Assembly: GCA_045114775.1 (NCBI GenBank)
Contig: JBGULC010000044.1
Coordinates: forward strand, 68,264-132,263
DNA from: Christensenellales bacterium
GTDB lineage: Bacteria > Bacillota > Clostridia > Christensenellales > CAG-138
Length of the DNA stretch: 64,000 nt
Direction: 5' to 3'
Position numbers and translations under genes: made by a program. Below are positions 55,283-64,000 of this stretch, in pieces. The notes beneath the pieces are model-generated. The model was given only the letters and a program-made list of their open reading frames with translations, made no database searches and had not been told where the DNA came from. Each line of letters starts with the position of its first letter. The first letter of the stretch is position 1.

Positions 55283-56797
55283 ATGCTGACACCATCCAAA
55301 GAGATCTTCCGTAAGTACACGGACGAACAGACCTTCGAACGCATCAAAGAGTTCACGACCGTTTCCGCAATGTGGGAACACTGCATTGCCGAATATGCCG
55401 ACGCGCCCGCGATCGTGGACGAGGGTAAGGCGCACACCTTTGCGGAGCTCGACGCAGACGTCGCTGGATTCCGCGCGCTTTTGGGCGACAGTCCGATCGG
55501 CACGCGCGTCGCGCTGTTTGCGGCGAATTCCTACGACTTCGTGAAGGCGTATCTCGCGGCTGTGACCTCGGGATATACCTGCGCGATCTTCCCGGCGCAT
55601 CTTCCGGCGGAAGCCGTGTTCGGCTGCTGCATGATGTTCGGGATCAAAAAGCTCATCTATCAGGCGGACTTCGAGGAGCGTCTCGCGATCGTCAAGGCAA
55701 AGCGCCCGGACATCGCGCTGATCCGCGCGGACGCGCTTTCCGACGAGAAGAAGCCGATCGTCTCCTGCGAGCCGAAGACGCCCTGCGCGATCGTCTTTAC
55801 GGGCGGCACGACCGGCAAGAGCAAGGGCGCGCTTCTTTCGAACGACGCGGTCATGCAGGGCACGATCAACGGCTGCTACGGCTACCCCGACGTGTTCGGT
55901 CAGCGCTACCTGCTCGTGCTGCCGCTTTCGCACGTGTTCGGGCTCATCCGAAACCTGATGACCTCGCTCTACACCGGCAGTGCGCTGTATATCTGCCGCA
56001 ACAATAATGATATGTTCCGCGACGTCGCGATCTTCAAGCCGACGATCCTCGTCATCGTGCCCGCACTCGCCGAAATGGCGCTGACGCTCTCGAAGAAGTT
56101 CGGCCGCAACATGCTCGGCGCGGACCTCAAGACGATCATCTGCGGCGCGGCGCCGGTGTCGCCGTATCTCATCACGGAATACGACAAGCTCGGCATCAAG
56201 CTGCTGCCCGGTTACGGTCTCACCGAGTCCGCGAACCTCGTTTCCGGCAACCCGGAAAGCCTCCGGAAGAGCGATTCCGTCGGCGTTCCGTTCCCGAATC
56301 AGGAGTTTAAGATCGTCGACGGCGAGCTTTGGCTCAAAGGCCGCAACATGATGGAAGGCTACGTCGGCGTCGAAGAGCCCGGCGCATATGAGGACGGATG
56401 GTTCAAGACCGGCGACCTCGTCCGCATCGACGACGAGGGCTACCTCTACATCACCGGACGCATCAAGGAGATCATCGTGCTCCCGAACGGCGAGAACGTC
56501 TCCCCAGCGGAGGTCGAGGTGCATTTCAACGCGCTCCCGTTCATTCAGGATTCGCAGGTCTTCGAAAGCCGCAGCGCGCTCGGCGAGCCGATCCTCGCGC
56601 TCGAGGTCGTGCTGCGTCCGACCGAGCTCACAAACATGGACGACGAAGCGCGTAAGGCGTTCGCCGTTTCCGAGCTTGAAAAGGTCAACCGCACGCTGCC
56701 CGGCTTCATGCAGGTCAGCCGGATCGAAGTCCGCGACACCGACTTCCAGCGTTCCCCGGCGATGAAGATCGTGAGGTATAAGAATGTCCAGAACTGA
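55283..56797 (+). CDS. Long-chain fatty acid-CoA/ACP ligase (AMP-binding family)
   Basis: FTGGTTGKSKG, YGLTE and GWFKTGDL..GRIKE motifs. 504 aa. Confidence 0.85.
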   Translation: MLTPSKEIFRKYTDEQTFERIKEFTTVSAMWEHCIAEYADAPAIVDEGKAHTFAELDADVAGFRALLGDSPIGTRVALFAANSYDFVKAYLAAVTSGYTCAIFPAHLPAEAVFGCCMMFGIKKLIYQADFEERLAIVKAKRPDIALIRADALSDEKKPIVSCEPKTPCAIVFTGGTTGKSKGALLSNDAVMQGTINGCYGYPDVFGQRYLLVLPLSHVFGLIRNLMTSLYTGSALYICRNNNDMFRDVAIFKPTILVIVPALAEMALTLSKKFGRNMLGADLKTIICGAAPVSPYLITEYDKLGIKLLPGYGLTESANLVSGNPESLRKSDSVGVPFPNQEFKIVDGELWLKGRNMMEGYVGVEEPGAYEDGWFKTGDLVRIDDEGYLYITGRIKEIIVLPNGENVSPAEVEVHFNALPFIQDSQVFESRSALGEPILALEVVLRPTELTNMDDEARKAFAVSELEKVNRTLPGFMQVSRIEVRDTDFQRSPAMKIVRYKNVQN

Positions 56798-57035
56798 GAT
56801 CATCGACAAGCTCAAGGAGATCCTTCTTGCGGCGGACGACCGCAACCGCGACAAGGTGCTCGCCTGCACCGAGGGCTCGAAGCTCGTCGCCGACCTCGGC
56901 TTCTCGTCGGTCTCCATGCTCTATATGGTCATCGCGATCGAGGAGGAGATGGGCATCCGCTTCGACAACGTCGGCGCGTCCGATTTTGAAACACTCGGCG
57001 ACGTCGTGACCTATATCGAGGCGAAGCTCAAATGA
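56784..57035 (+). CDS. Stand-alone acyl carrier protein
   Basis: 83 aa. DLGFSSVSMLYMV serine-site helix. Overlaps both neighbouring genes. Confidence 0.75.
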   Translation: MSRTEIIDKLKEILLAADDRNRDKVLACTEGSKLVADLGFSSVSMLYMVIAIEEEMGIRFDNVGASDFETLGDVVTYIEAKLK

Positions 57036-58072
57036 AATGGCAGCCCGGCGAGCCGGTCCCCGGCGATATGGTGCGGGTGCAGATCGGTTCGATCTTCCAT
57101 TACGGGATCTATACGGGCGACGATCGGATCGTTGCGTTCGGTCTGCCGCCCGTGTCGGAGCATGCAAATGCGCCGGACCGGTTTCTGGTAACGGAAACGG
57201 ACATGGACGTGTTCTGCACCGGACGCATCCCGGAGATCGCGGTCCTCGACCGCGCGGAGCGCAGAAAGCGCATCCCGCCGGAGGAAACCGTGCGGCTTGC
57301 AAAAAGCAGGCTCGGCGAAGACGGGTATCATCTGATCCGCAACAACTGCGAGCACTTCGTGAACGAGTGCGTGTTCGGCGAGAAGAAGAGCCTCCAGGAG
57401 GAGGCGATGTTCCGGATGTGGAACACAAGGCCGGTCATCAACGTCTACCTTTCCGAGGCCGACCGGTTCACGCTTGACTTCCCCGTCCCCGCGGAGCGGC
57501 GCTCGGAGATCGACGCCTGCTCCGATGCTTCGATGAAGCGCGCGCGGATCGCAAACTGGGCGCTGCTGCGGCTTGCCGCGCGGCACGGTTTTTCGCTCGA
57601 TCCGGACGAGGTCGTCTTTTCGCGCAAAAAGCACGGCGGCTGGACCGCGGACCGTTTTTTCTGTTCGTTTTCACACGCCGACGGGCTCTGCTGCGTCGCG
57701 GTCTCGAACGCGCCGATCGGCGTCGACTTTGAAACGGTCGAGGATTTTTCACGCAGGCTCGACGCGCAGAAGCTTCAAAAGCTTCGCGCGCAGTGCTTCA
57801 CCAAGGCCGAACGGGACGCGTACCCGGATTCGATCGAAAGCTTTCTCATCTGCTGGACGCGGAAGGAAGCGATCTTCAAGCAGACCGGAAAGCGCGCGTT
57901 CTCGCCCGGCGCGATCGAAACGCGCACCGGCGCTGCCATGACGTACAGACTCGACGAACCGAAGCGGGCGGTCCTCTCCCTTTGCGGGGAGTACGCCGGT
58001 CTTGCGCGGTTTTACCGGACGGACGGAAACGAGATCACGCCCCTTTGGGCGGAAGGACCTTTGGACCTGTAG
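57032..58072 (+). CDS. Fusion protein: LRAT/PLAAT (NlpC/P60-type Cys-His acyltransferase) domain plus Sfp-type 4'-phosphopantetheinyl transferase domain
   Basis: N-terminus carries HYGIY and NNCEHFVNEC (LRAT hallmark). C-terminus carries FSFSHAD, GVDFE and WTRKEAIFK (PPTase motifs). Confidence 0.75.
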   Translation: MKWQPGEPVPGDMVRVQIGSIFHYGIYTGDDRIVAFGLPPVSEHANAPDRFLVTETDMDVFCTGRIPEIAVLDRAERRKRIPPEETVRLAKSRLGEDGYHLIRNNCEHFVNECVFGEKKSLQEEAMFRMWNTRPVINVYLSEADRFTLDFPVPAERRSEIDACSDASMKRARIANWALLRLAARHGFSLDPDEVVFSRKKHGGWTADRFFCSFSHADGLCCVAVSNAPIGVDFETVEDFSRRLDAQKLQKLRAQCFTKAERDAYPDSIESFLICWTRKEAIFKQTGKRAFSPGAIETRTGAAMTYRLDEPKRAVLSLCGEYAGLARFYRTDGNEITPLWAEGPLDL

Positions 58073-58081
58073 GAGGACGGT

Positions 58082-59020
58082 ATGCTTTGGATCCCGGCAG
58101 CTTTGATCGGATGCTACGCGGTTTTCGTGATCGGACCCGCGATCGCTGCCGTCTGCACGATCTTCAAGGCATTGCCCGGCTCTCCGCTCGAACGAATGCT
58201 CGAACCGGACGCGCAGCTTTACCCGTTCCGCGAACGCATCCTTGCGGCGAAGCGCGCGCTCGACGCGCTGCCGGACGCGAACGTCACGGTCACGGCGCGG
58301 GACGGGATCGCGCTGTCGGGACGGTATTACGATCTCGGCAAGCCGAAAACGGCGATCTTTGTGCACGGATACCGCACGCAGCCGGAGGTCAACTTCACCG
58401 AACAGGCGGAGGCGTTCGCCCGGCACGGCTACAATCTGCTTCTGATCCGTCAGCGCGGACACGAGCCCGGCTCGCACGTTCGGTGCGGCATGGGACTCAG
58501 AGAGCGGTACGACGCCGCGGCGTGGAACGATTGGGCGCTCTCGCAAAACGGCGTCGAAGAAACCGTGCTGTACGGTGTTTCGATGGGCGCAGCGACGGTC
58601 GGGTTTGCGGCTTCTCTGGTCGATCCGGCGCGCACAAAAGCGCTGTTTCTCGACTGCGGCTTTCGCTCGCCGTATGAGCAGATCTCGCTCGACTGCAGGC
58701 GGCATCACATTTCGCCGTTTGTGCTGATGCCTTGGATCCGGCTGTTCGCGCGGATCTTTCTGAAGCTCGACATCCGCGAACGCACGGACGACGCGCTGCG
58801 GCGCACCGCGATCCCCTGCTTCTTCCTGCACGGAACGGAGGACAGGACCGTACCGTATGAGACCGGCCGCGCGGTCTATGAAGCCTGCGGCGCACGAAAG
58901 GCGTTTTTCACCGCGCGCGGCGCAAGACACGCAGAATCGTATCTTTCCGACCCCGACCGGGCGGAAGACGAGATATTTACGTTCCTCGGGGAGGAACACA
59001 CAGAAGGAAACCAACTTTAG
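58082..59020 (+). CDS. Membrane-anchored alpha/beta hydrolase (paralog 2)
   Basis: N-terminal TM segment, GVSMGA nucleophile elbow, C-terminal HG.ED and H blocks. Confidence 0.8.
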   Translation: MLWIPAALIGCYAVFVIGPAIAAVCTIFKALPGSPLERMLEPDAQLYPFRERILAAKRALDALPDANVTVTARDGIALSGRYYDLGKPKTAIFVHGYRTQPEVNFTEQAEAFARHGYNLLLIRQRGHEPGSHVRCGMGLRERYDAAAWNDWALSQNGVEETVLYGVSMGAATVGFAASLVDPARTKALFLDCGFRSPYEQISLDCRRHHISPFVLMPWIRLFARIFLKLDIRERTDDALRRTAIPCFFLHGTEDRTVPYETGRAVYEACGARKAFFTARGARHAESYLSDPDRAEDEIFTFLGEEHTEGNQL

Positions 59021-59034
59021 GAGGACAACTGAAA

Positions 59035-59969
59035 TGGCAAAATTTGTGATCCTTTGCGACGGTACCTGCGATCTGCAGGAGAACTTTCAGAAGGAATACG
59101 ACATCCGGGTCATCCCGGGACACATCGTGCTGCCCGACAAGTCGGACGTGCCCGGCCCGCTGAAGTGGGACCGCTTCTCGCGCGATGAGTTTTATGCCGA
59201 TCTCAAGAAGAATCCGAACGGCTACGCAACCGCGCCCGCCAATACCGAGGAGTTCCGCCGCGCGATGGAAGAGATCGTGAAGGACGGCACGCCGCTGCTC
59301 GTTCTGACCATCTCCGCCGGCATGAGCGGAACCTACGACTTTGCCTGCACCGCAGCGAAAACGGTGAAGGAAACCTATCCCGACGCGGATATCCGCTGCA
59401 TCGACACGCTGCGCTTCGGTCCCGGCTTCGGCCTGATGGCGGTGCACGCTTCCATGCTGCGCGAAGAAGGCAAGACGATGGAAGAGGTCGCGGCATGGCT
59501 CGAGGAGAATAAAAACCGGTTCCATCAGGCGGGCTGGCTCGACGACCTGAGCTTCGTCGCAAAGAAGGGTCGTCTGACCAACGCGAAGGCGTTCTTCGGC
59601 ACGCTCGCGGGCATCAAGCCGATCGGCGAGTTCGACTACAACGGCATGACGACCGTCATCGGCAAGGCGAAGGGCGCAAAGGCCGCCTACGCCGCGCTGC
59701 TCGAATACGTCGAAAAGACCGGCGAGGATCTTTCCGAACAGATCCTGTTCATCGCCCAGACCAACCGCATGGCGCAGGCCGAGAAGTACAAGGAGCTTCT
59801 TGCGGAGCGTTTCCATCCGAAGGCGATCTATATCAACGACGTCTTCCCCTCCTGCGGCATCAACGTCGGCCCGGGTCTCATGGCGGTCTACTACATGGGC
59901 AAGCCGATCTCCAAGGACCTCTCCGAAGAACGCGCGATCATTGAAAAAGCGCTTGCAAACGCAAAATAA
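59035..59969 (+). CDS. DegV/FakB-family fatty-acid-binding protein
   Basis: MAKFVILCDGTCDL N-terminus and TISAGMSGTY block typical of DegV. 311 aa. Confidence 0.85.
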
Positions 59970-60000
59970 GATTCCCTTTTAGGGGTGAAAGGAATCCGAA

Positions 60001-61341
60001 ATGAGAAAACTGACAAAAAAATGGCAGATGTTCCTGTACGCCATCGGCGGCATGGGCGTCAACATGCTGAACCTGATGGTCAGCTCGTACCTGTGCAGCG
60101 CGATCATCGCGAGCGGGTTCAATCCGAACGTCATTCAGTACCAGACTTTCCTTCAGCGCGACCTCGTCATTGCAGGGGTATGGGCAGTGTTCGGCGTTGT
60201 TGCGAAGATCATCGACGGCGTGATCGACGTCCCGATGGCGTCGTTTACGGATAATCTGAAGACGAAGTTCGGTCGCAGACGTCCGGCGCTCATCATCGGT
60301 CTCGTGCCGATGATTCTCGCCTACGTGCTGTTCTCGCTCGTCACGCCCAATCCGGACGGCGCGACGCTCGGAAACACGATCTACTACGGCATCACGCTGT
60401 GCGTGTTCTACAGCTTCTATACGCTGACAATGGTCACGTACTACGCGACCTTCACGGAGATCGTCGACTGTCAGGAGGACCGCAACTTCATGTCGAACGT
60501 CAAGTCGGTCTGCGACATCCTCTACTTCATCCTGGGGTACGTCGTGGTCCGCATGTTCCTGAACGGTTTGAACATCCGTTTCGTCGCCATGCTGGTGCTG
60601 CCGATCGTTCTGACGATGATGATCCCGCTGTTCCTGATCCGGGAAAGCTCGACCAAGGACGGCGTCATCCTTCGCGATGGCGATGAGAAATCCGTTTCGG
60701 TCAATCTGTTCAAGTCGATCGCGTATACGTTCAAGAACAAGAATTATATTCTTTGGATGATCGTGTATTCGTTCATGACCTTCGGCGTGCAGCTCTTCCT
60801 GTCCGGTATCAACGAGTATTTCTCAGTCGCCGGCATGAACATGATGCTCGTCATGATGGCGTCGTTTGCACCGGTGCCGTTCACGCTGCTGATCTACAAC
60901 TGGCTGACGCGGAAGTTCGGCTTCGGCTTCTCTTACCGCTATACGCTCGTGATCTTTGCCGTCGGCATGGCGGCGATGTTTGCGGTTTCGTTCCTCCCCG
61001 CGGGAACGCCGAAAACCGTACTTTCGATCGTAACGGGTCTCATCTCCTCGTTCGGCATCGGCGCAATGTTCTCCGTTGCGTATTCCGTGCCGTCCGAGCT
61101 TGCCGCCGAAGAGGAAAAGCGCACCGGCGTCTCGAACGCCGCAATGTACTTTGCGGTGCAGGGACTTTTCGCGGGCGTCGCGTCCGGCATCGGCGGACAG
61201 GCGGTTCTGACGTGGATGAAAACGGCCGACGTCGTAAAGTACATGACGCTCGTCTGCGCGATCGCTGTGCTCGCCGCGTTCCTGCTGTCCTTTATGCTGC
61301 CGAAGTCCGTTACCTTGATGGGCAAGAAGGAATCGAAGTAA
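60001..61341 (+). CDS. MFS transporter, MFS_2/GPH family (MelB/Mfsd2a/LplT-like)
   Basis: 12 TM segments. DGVIDVPMASFTDNLKTKFGRRRP loop signature. Confidence 0.8.
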   Translation: MRKLTKKWQMFLYAIGGMGVNMLNLMVSSYLCSAIIASGFNPNVIQYQTFLQRDLVIAGVWAVFGVVAKIIDGVIDVPMASFTDNLKTKFGRRRPALIIGLVPMILAYVLFSLVTPNPDGATLGNTIYYGITLCVFYSFYTLTMVTYYATFTEIVDCQEDRNFMSNVKSVCDILYFILGYVVVRMFLNGLNIRFVAMLVLPIVLTMMIPLFLIRESSTKDGVILRDGDEKSVSVNLFKSIAYTFKNKNYILWMIVYSFMTFGVQLFLSGINEYFSVAGMNMMLVMMASFAPVPFTLLIYNWLTRKFGFGFSYRYTLVIFAVGMAAMFAVSFLPAGTPKTVLSIVTGLISSFGIGAMFSVAYSVPSELAAEEEKRTGVSNAAMYFAVQGLFAGVASGIGGQAVLTWMKTADVVKYMTLVCAIAVLAAFLLSFMLPKSVTLMGKKESK

Positions 61342-61345
61342 ACCG

Positions 61346-62986
61346 ATGGCAGTCAAACGAATCAACGGAACCGAATTAGAACAGATGCTCAGAAACGGGC
61401 TCGTCAATCTTCGCGCGGAAGAGGACGAGATCAACCGTCTGAACGTCTTCCCCGTCCCCGACGGCGACACGGGCACCAACATGGTGAAAACGCTGGAGCA
61501 CGGGCTGAATCAATCCGAAAGCAGCGCGGAAGTCAACGTCTTCGTGAAATCGCTCGCCTCCGGAATGCTCCTCGGCGCGCGCGGAAACTCGGGCGTCATC
61601 CTCTCGCAGTTTTTCAACGGCTTTGCGCAGGGTCTTTCCCGTTCCGTTCTGATCGGTCCGGGCGAGCTTCGAAACGCGCTCGTGCGCGGGTATCGCGTCG
61701 CGTATTCCGCCGTGCAGAAGCCGGTCGAGGGAACGATCCTCTCCGTTGCACGCGAGGGCATCGAGCACATCCGCGGACAGATCACCCGCACCTCCACGAT
61801 CGACTTTATCCTCTCTGCGTACGTCGCCGAAATGCACAAGACGCTGATTTTGACGCCGGAAATGCTTCCGGTGCTGAAGGACGCGGGCGTCGTCGATTCC
61901 GGCGCGACCGGCTTTATCCGCATCTTTGAGGGGATGATCAAGTATCTGCGCGGCGAGATCCTGGAGGATCTTGCACCGAAAGCGGAGCCCGAAAAAGCGC
62001 CTAAAGCGGACCTCAGTCTGTTCAACGAAAACAGCCTGTTTATCGACGGCTACTGCACGGAATTCATCCTGCAGCTGATGAACGGCGCGTCCTACGATCA
62101 GGATTTCCGGCTGAAAGCCTTCATCGGCGCGCTCGACCGTCTCGGCGACTCGCTGGTCTGCGTACAGGACGGCAAACGCGTCAAGGTGCATATTCACACG
62201 AAAGCGCCCGCGTTCGTCATTCAGCTCGCGCAGCAGTACGGCGAGTTTCTGACCTTCAAGCTCGAGAACATGCAGGTCCAGCACAACGAGCGCGACCGCA
62301 TCCTGAAGCCGCGGGTGCATAAGCCTCTGTCCGTCGTGGCTGTCGTCAACGGCGCGGGCATGAAAACGCTGTTCGAGAACCTCGGCGCAGATTGTGTGAT
62401 CGACGGGACCGCGACCATGAACACCTCTTCGCAGGAGTTCGTGTCCACCTTCGAATCGCTCGACGCCGACCGCATCGTCGTGCTGCCGAACAACAAGAAC
62501 GTCATCCTGGCAGCCGAGCAGGCTGCGAAGCTCGTTTCGGATAAAAACGTGACCGTTCTGCCCTCGAAGAGCTTTGTCGAGGGATATTACGCGATCGCGA
62601 TGGACGTGCCGACCGAACCGGATCTCATGAAGCGGATCGAGAGCATGCGCTCCGGCATCGAAAACGTCGTCACGCTCAGCGAAACGACCGCATCGCGCGA
62701 TTACGCGTACCACGAGATCCGCTGTAAGAAAGGCGAAGAGATCGCCTTCCTGTCCGGCGAGCTTGTCTGCGTCAACAGCGATTACAAGGACGCGATCTTA
62801 GGCGCGCTTTCGATGATCGAGGACATCGACGACCGCGAGACCGGCATTGTGCTGCGCGGCAAGGGCGTCTCGGCGGACGACGAGGAAGCGCTTTCGGAGG
62901 CGGTGTCCGAGCGGTATCCGATGCTCGAGCTCGAGTTTATCGACGCCGGGCAGGAGATCTACCACTGGGTCGTCGGCATCATGTGA
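61346..62986 (+). CDS. fakA: DAK2-domain protein, fatty acid kinase FakA/YloV family
   Basis: N-terminal DhaL motif PDGDTGTNM. 546 aa with a DegV-like C-terminal half. Confidence 0.75.
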   Translation: MAVKRINGTELEQMLRNGLVNLRAEEDEINRLNVFPVPDGDTGTNMVKTLEHGLNQSESSAEVNVFVKSLASGMLLGARGNSGVILSQFFNGFAQGLSRSVLIGPGELRNALVRGYRVAYSAVQKPVEGTILSVAREGIEHIRGQITRTSTIDFILSAYVAEMHKTLILTPEMLPVLKDAGVVDSGATGFIRIFEGMIKYLRGEILEDLAPKAEPEKAPKADLSLFNENSLFIDGYCTEFILQLMNGASYDQDFRLKAFIGALDRLGDSLVCVQDGKRVKVHIHTKAPAFVIQLAQQYGEFLTFKLENMQVQHNERDRILKPRVHKPLSVVAVVNGAGMKTLFENLGADCVIDGTATMNTSSQEFVSTFESLDADRIVVLPNNKNVILAAEQAAKLVSDKNVTVLPSKSFVEGYYAIAMDVPTEPDLMKRIESMRSGIENVVTLSETTASRDYAYHEIRCKKGEEIAFLSGELVCVNSDYKDAILGALSMIEDIDDRETGIVLRGKGVSADDEEALSEAVSERYPMLELEFIDAGQEIYHWVVGIM

Positions 62987-62995
62987 GGTAACGGT

Positions 62996-63958
62996 ATGCT
63001 TTGGTTATGGATCGTACTCGGCGTGCTCGGCTTCGCCCTGCTTTCCGGGATCATTATGACGCTGATCATTGCGTGGATCATTTACGCCACGCTCTTAAGG
63101 CGCAATAGGCCCGGCAAATGGGACCGCGGCATCAGCTTTCCGGAGGACGAAGAATACTGCCGGATGCACGACATCGGCATTGCGTGGGGCGAGAAGTATC
63201 GCGATCGCATCCGCGAGGTCACGGTCACGAGCGACGGGCTGAAGCTTGTCGGCGAATACTTCGATTTCGGCGGGAAGTCCGCTGCGCTGATCATTGCGGG
63301 ACGCACGGAATGCCTGCTGTATTCCTATTTCTTCGCCGAACCGTTCCGCCGCGCGGGACGCAACGTTCTTGTGATCGACAACCGCGCGCACGGTCTTTCC
63401 GAAGGTAAGGTGAGCTGTCTGGGGTATCGCGAATACCGCGATATCCTCGAATGGTGCAGGCTCTTGCACGACGATCTCGGCAACGAACGCGTGTTTTTGC
63501 ACGGGATCTGCATCGGCTCCTCCACCGCGCTCTTTGCGCTGACCGCGCCGGAGTGTCCCGACTACATCGAAGGCATGTCCTGCGAGGGCATGTACATGAC
63601 CTTCTATCGGTCGTTCGACAGGCACATGGACCTCGACCGACCCGAGAAGAAAAAGTTCCCGGTCGTACAGGAGGTCATGCTGTGGATCCGGCTTTGCTCG
63701 CATGCGAACGTCGTGACCGACGGGCCTTATAAGCGCATTGAGAAGCTCAGAAAGCCCATTCTGTTCCTCCACAGCCGCGAGGATCCCTATTCCACTCCGG
63801 ACCAGGCGGAATACCTCTACGCGCACTGCAGCGCGCCGAAAAAACTCGCGTGGTTCCCGCACGGCGCGCATTCGCGCATCCGCATCAACGATATGGCGAA
63901 TTACGACGATGCGATCGTCGGATTTCTGCATGAGCTTGACAAAAAAGCCGAGGAGTAA
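62996..63958 (+). CDS. Membrane-anchored alpha/beta hydrolase (paralog 3) with Cys at the nucleophile elbow
   Basis: N-terminal TM segment. The elbow reads GICIGS (GxCxG) instead of GxSxG. Shares the MLW start and RBS context with paralog 2. Confidence 0.75.
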   Translation: MLWLWIVLGVLGFALLSGIIMTLIIAWIIYATLLRRNRPGKWDRGISFPEDEEYCRMHDIGIAWGEKYRDRIREVTVTSDGLKLVGEYFDFGGKSAALIIAGRTECLLYSYFFAEPFRRAGRNVLVIDNRAHGLSEGKVSCLGYREYRDILEWCRLLHDDLGNERVFLHGICIGSSTALFALTAPECPDYIEGMSCEGMYMTFYRSFDRHMDLDRPEKKKFPVVQEVMLWIRLCSHANVVTDGPYKRIEKLRKPILFLHSREDPYSTPDQAEYLYAHCSAPKKLAWFPHGAHSRIRINDMANYDDAIVGFLHELDKKAEE

Positions 63959-64000
63959 GTATACGGCGCGATCATTTCCGCATCGCACGATAAATTTATG

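Overview
High-GC Firmicutes/Clostridia-type chromosome segment from a spore-former (spoIVFA/spoIVFB and spoVT are present). I could not run database searches, so every call rests on motifs read from the translations and on hand inspection of the DNA.

Gene content by region:
- 0.2-18.8 kb, minus strand: nucleoside phosphorylase, PHP phosphoesterase, ftsH-hpt-tilS, a 2-hydroxyacid dehydrogenase, tRNA-Ser and tRNA-Ala, then spoIVFA-spoIVFB, a radical-SAM pair, rng, and rplU-prp-rpmA.
- 19.3-23.0 kb: an XdhABC-like molybdoenzyme operon.
- 25.4-25.7 kb: tRNA-Val, a 196-nt structured spacer, and tRNA-Gln.
- 25.9-28.7 kb: a serine-palmitoyltransferase-like oxoamine synthase, an SDR and a TIM-barrel gene in one operon.
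- 28.7-33.7 kb: a GNAT gene, galE, spoVT, a lipoprotein gene and a pseudouridine synthase.
- 33.8-36.1 kb: a Rep-like winged-helix gene and an orphan phage lysis cassette, separated by an unusual repeat-dense switch-like region.
- 36.1-42.1 kb: yigZ, a 1456-aa repeat-rich membrane protein and a hydrolase.
- 42.4-51.7 kb: mscL, a metal ABC importer with DUF362 and nfo, a U32 peptidase, and an Lgt-like gene with a lipoprotein gene.
- 52.0-64.0 kb: an 11-gene, tightly coupled lipid acyl-activation and remodelling operon.

Most interesting candidates:
1. The 42/43-nt inverted-repeat-bounded 513-bp segment carrying opposed GTGAGAC repeat arrays (34.3-34.9 kb).
2. The self-contained lipid operon, which includes an LRAT/PLAAT-PPTase fusion.
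3. The SPT-like operon, unusual for a Firmicute.
4. The giant disordered-tail membrane protein.

Many long ORFs in the supplied track are antisense shadow ORFs typical of high-GC DNA and were rejected.
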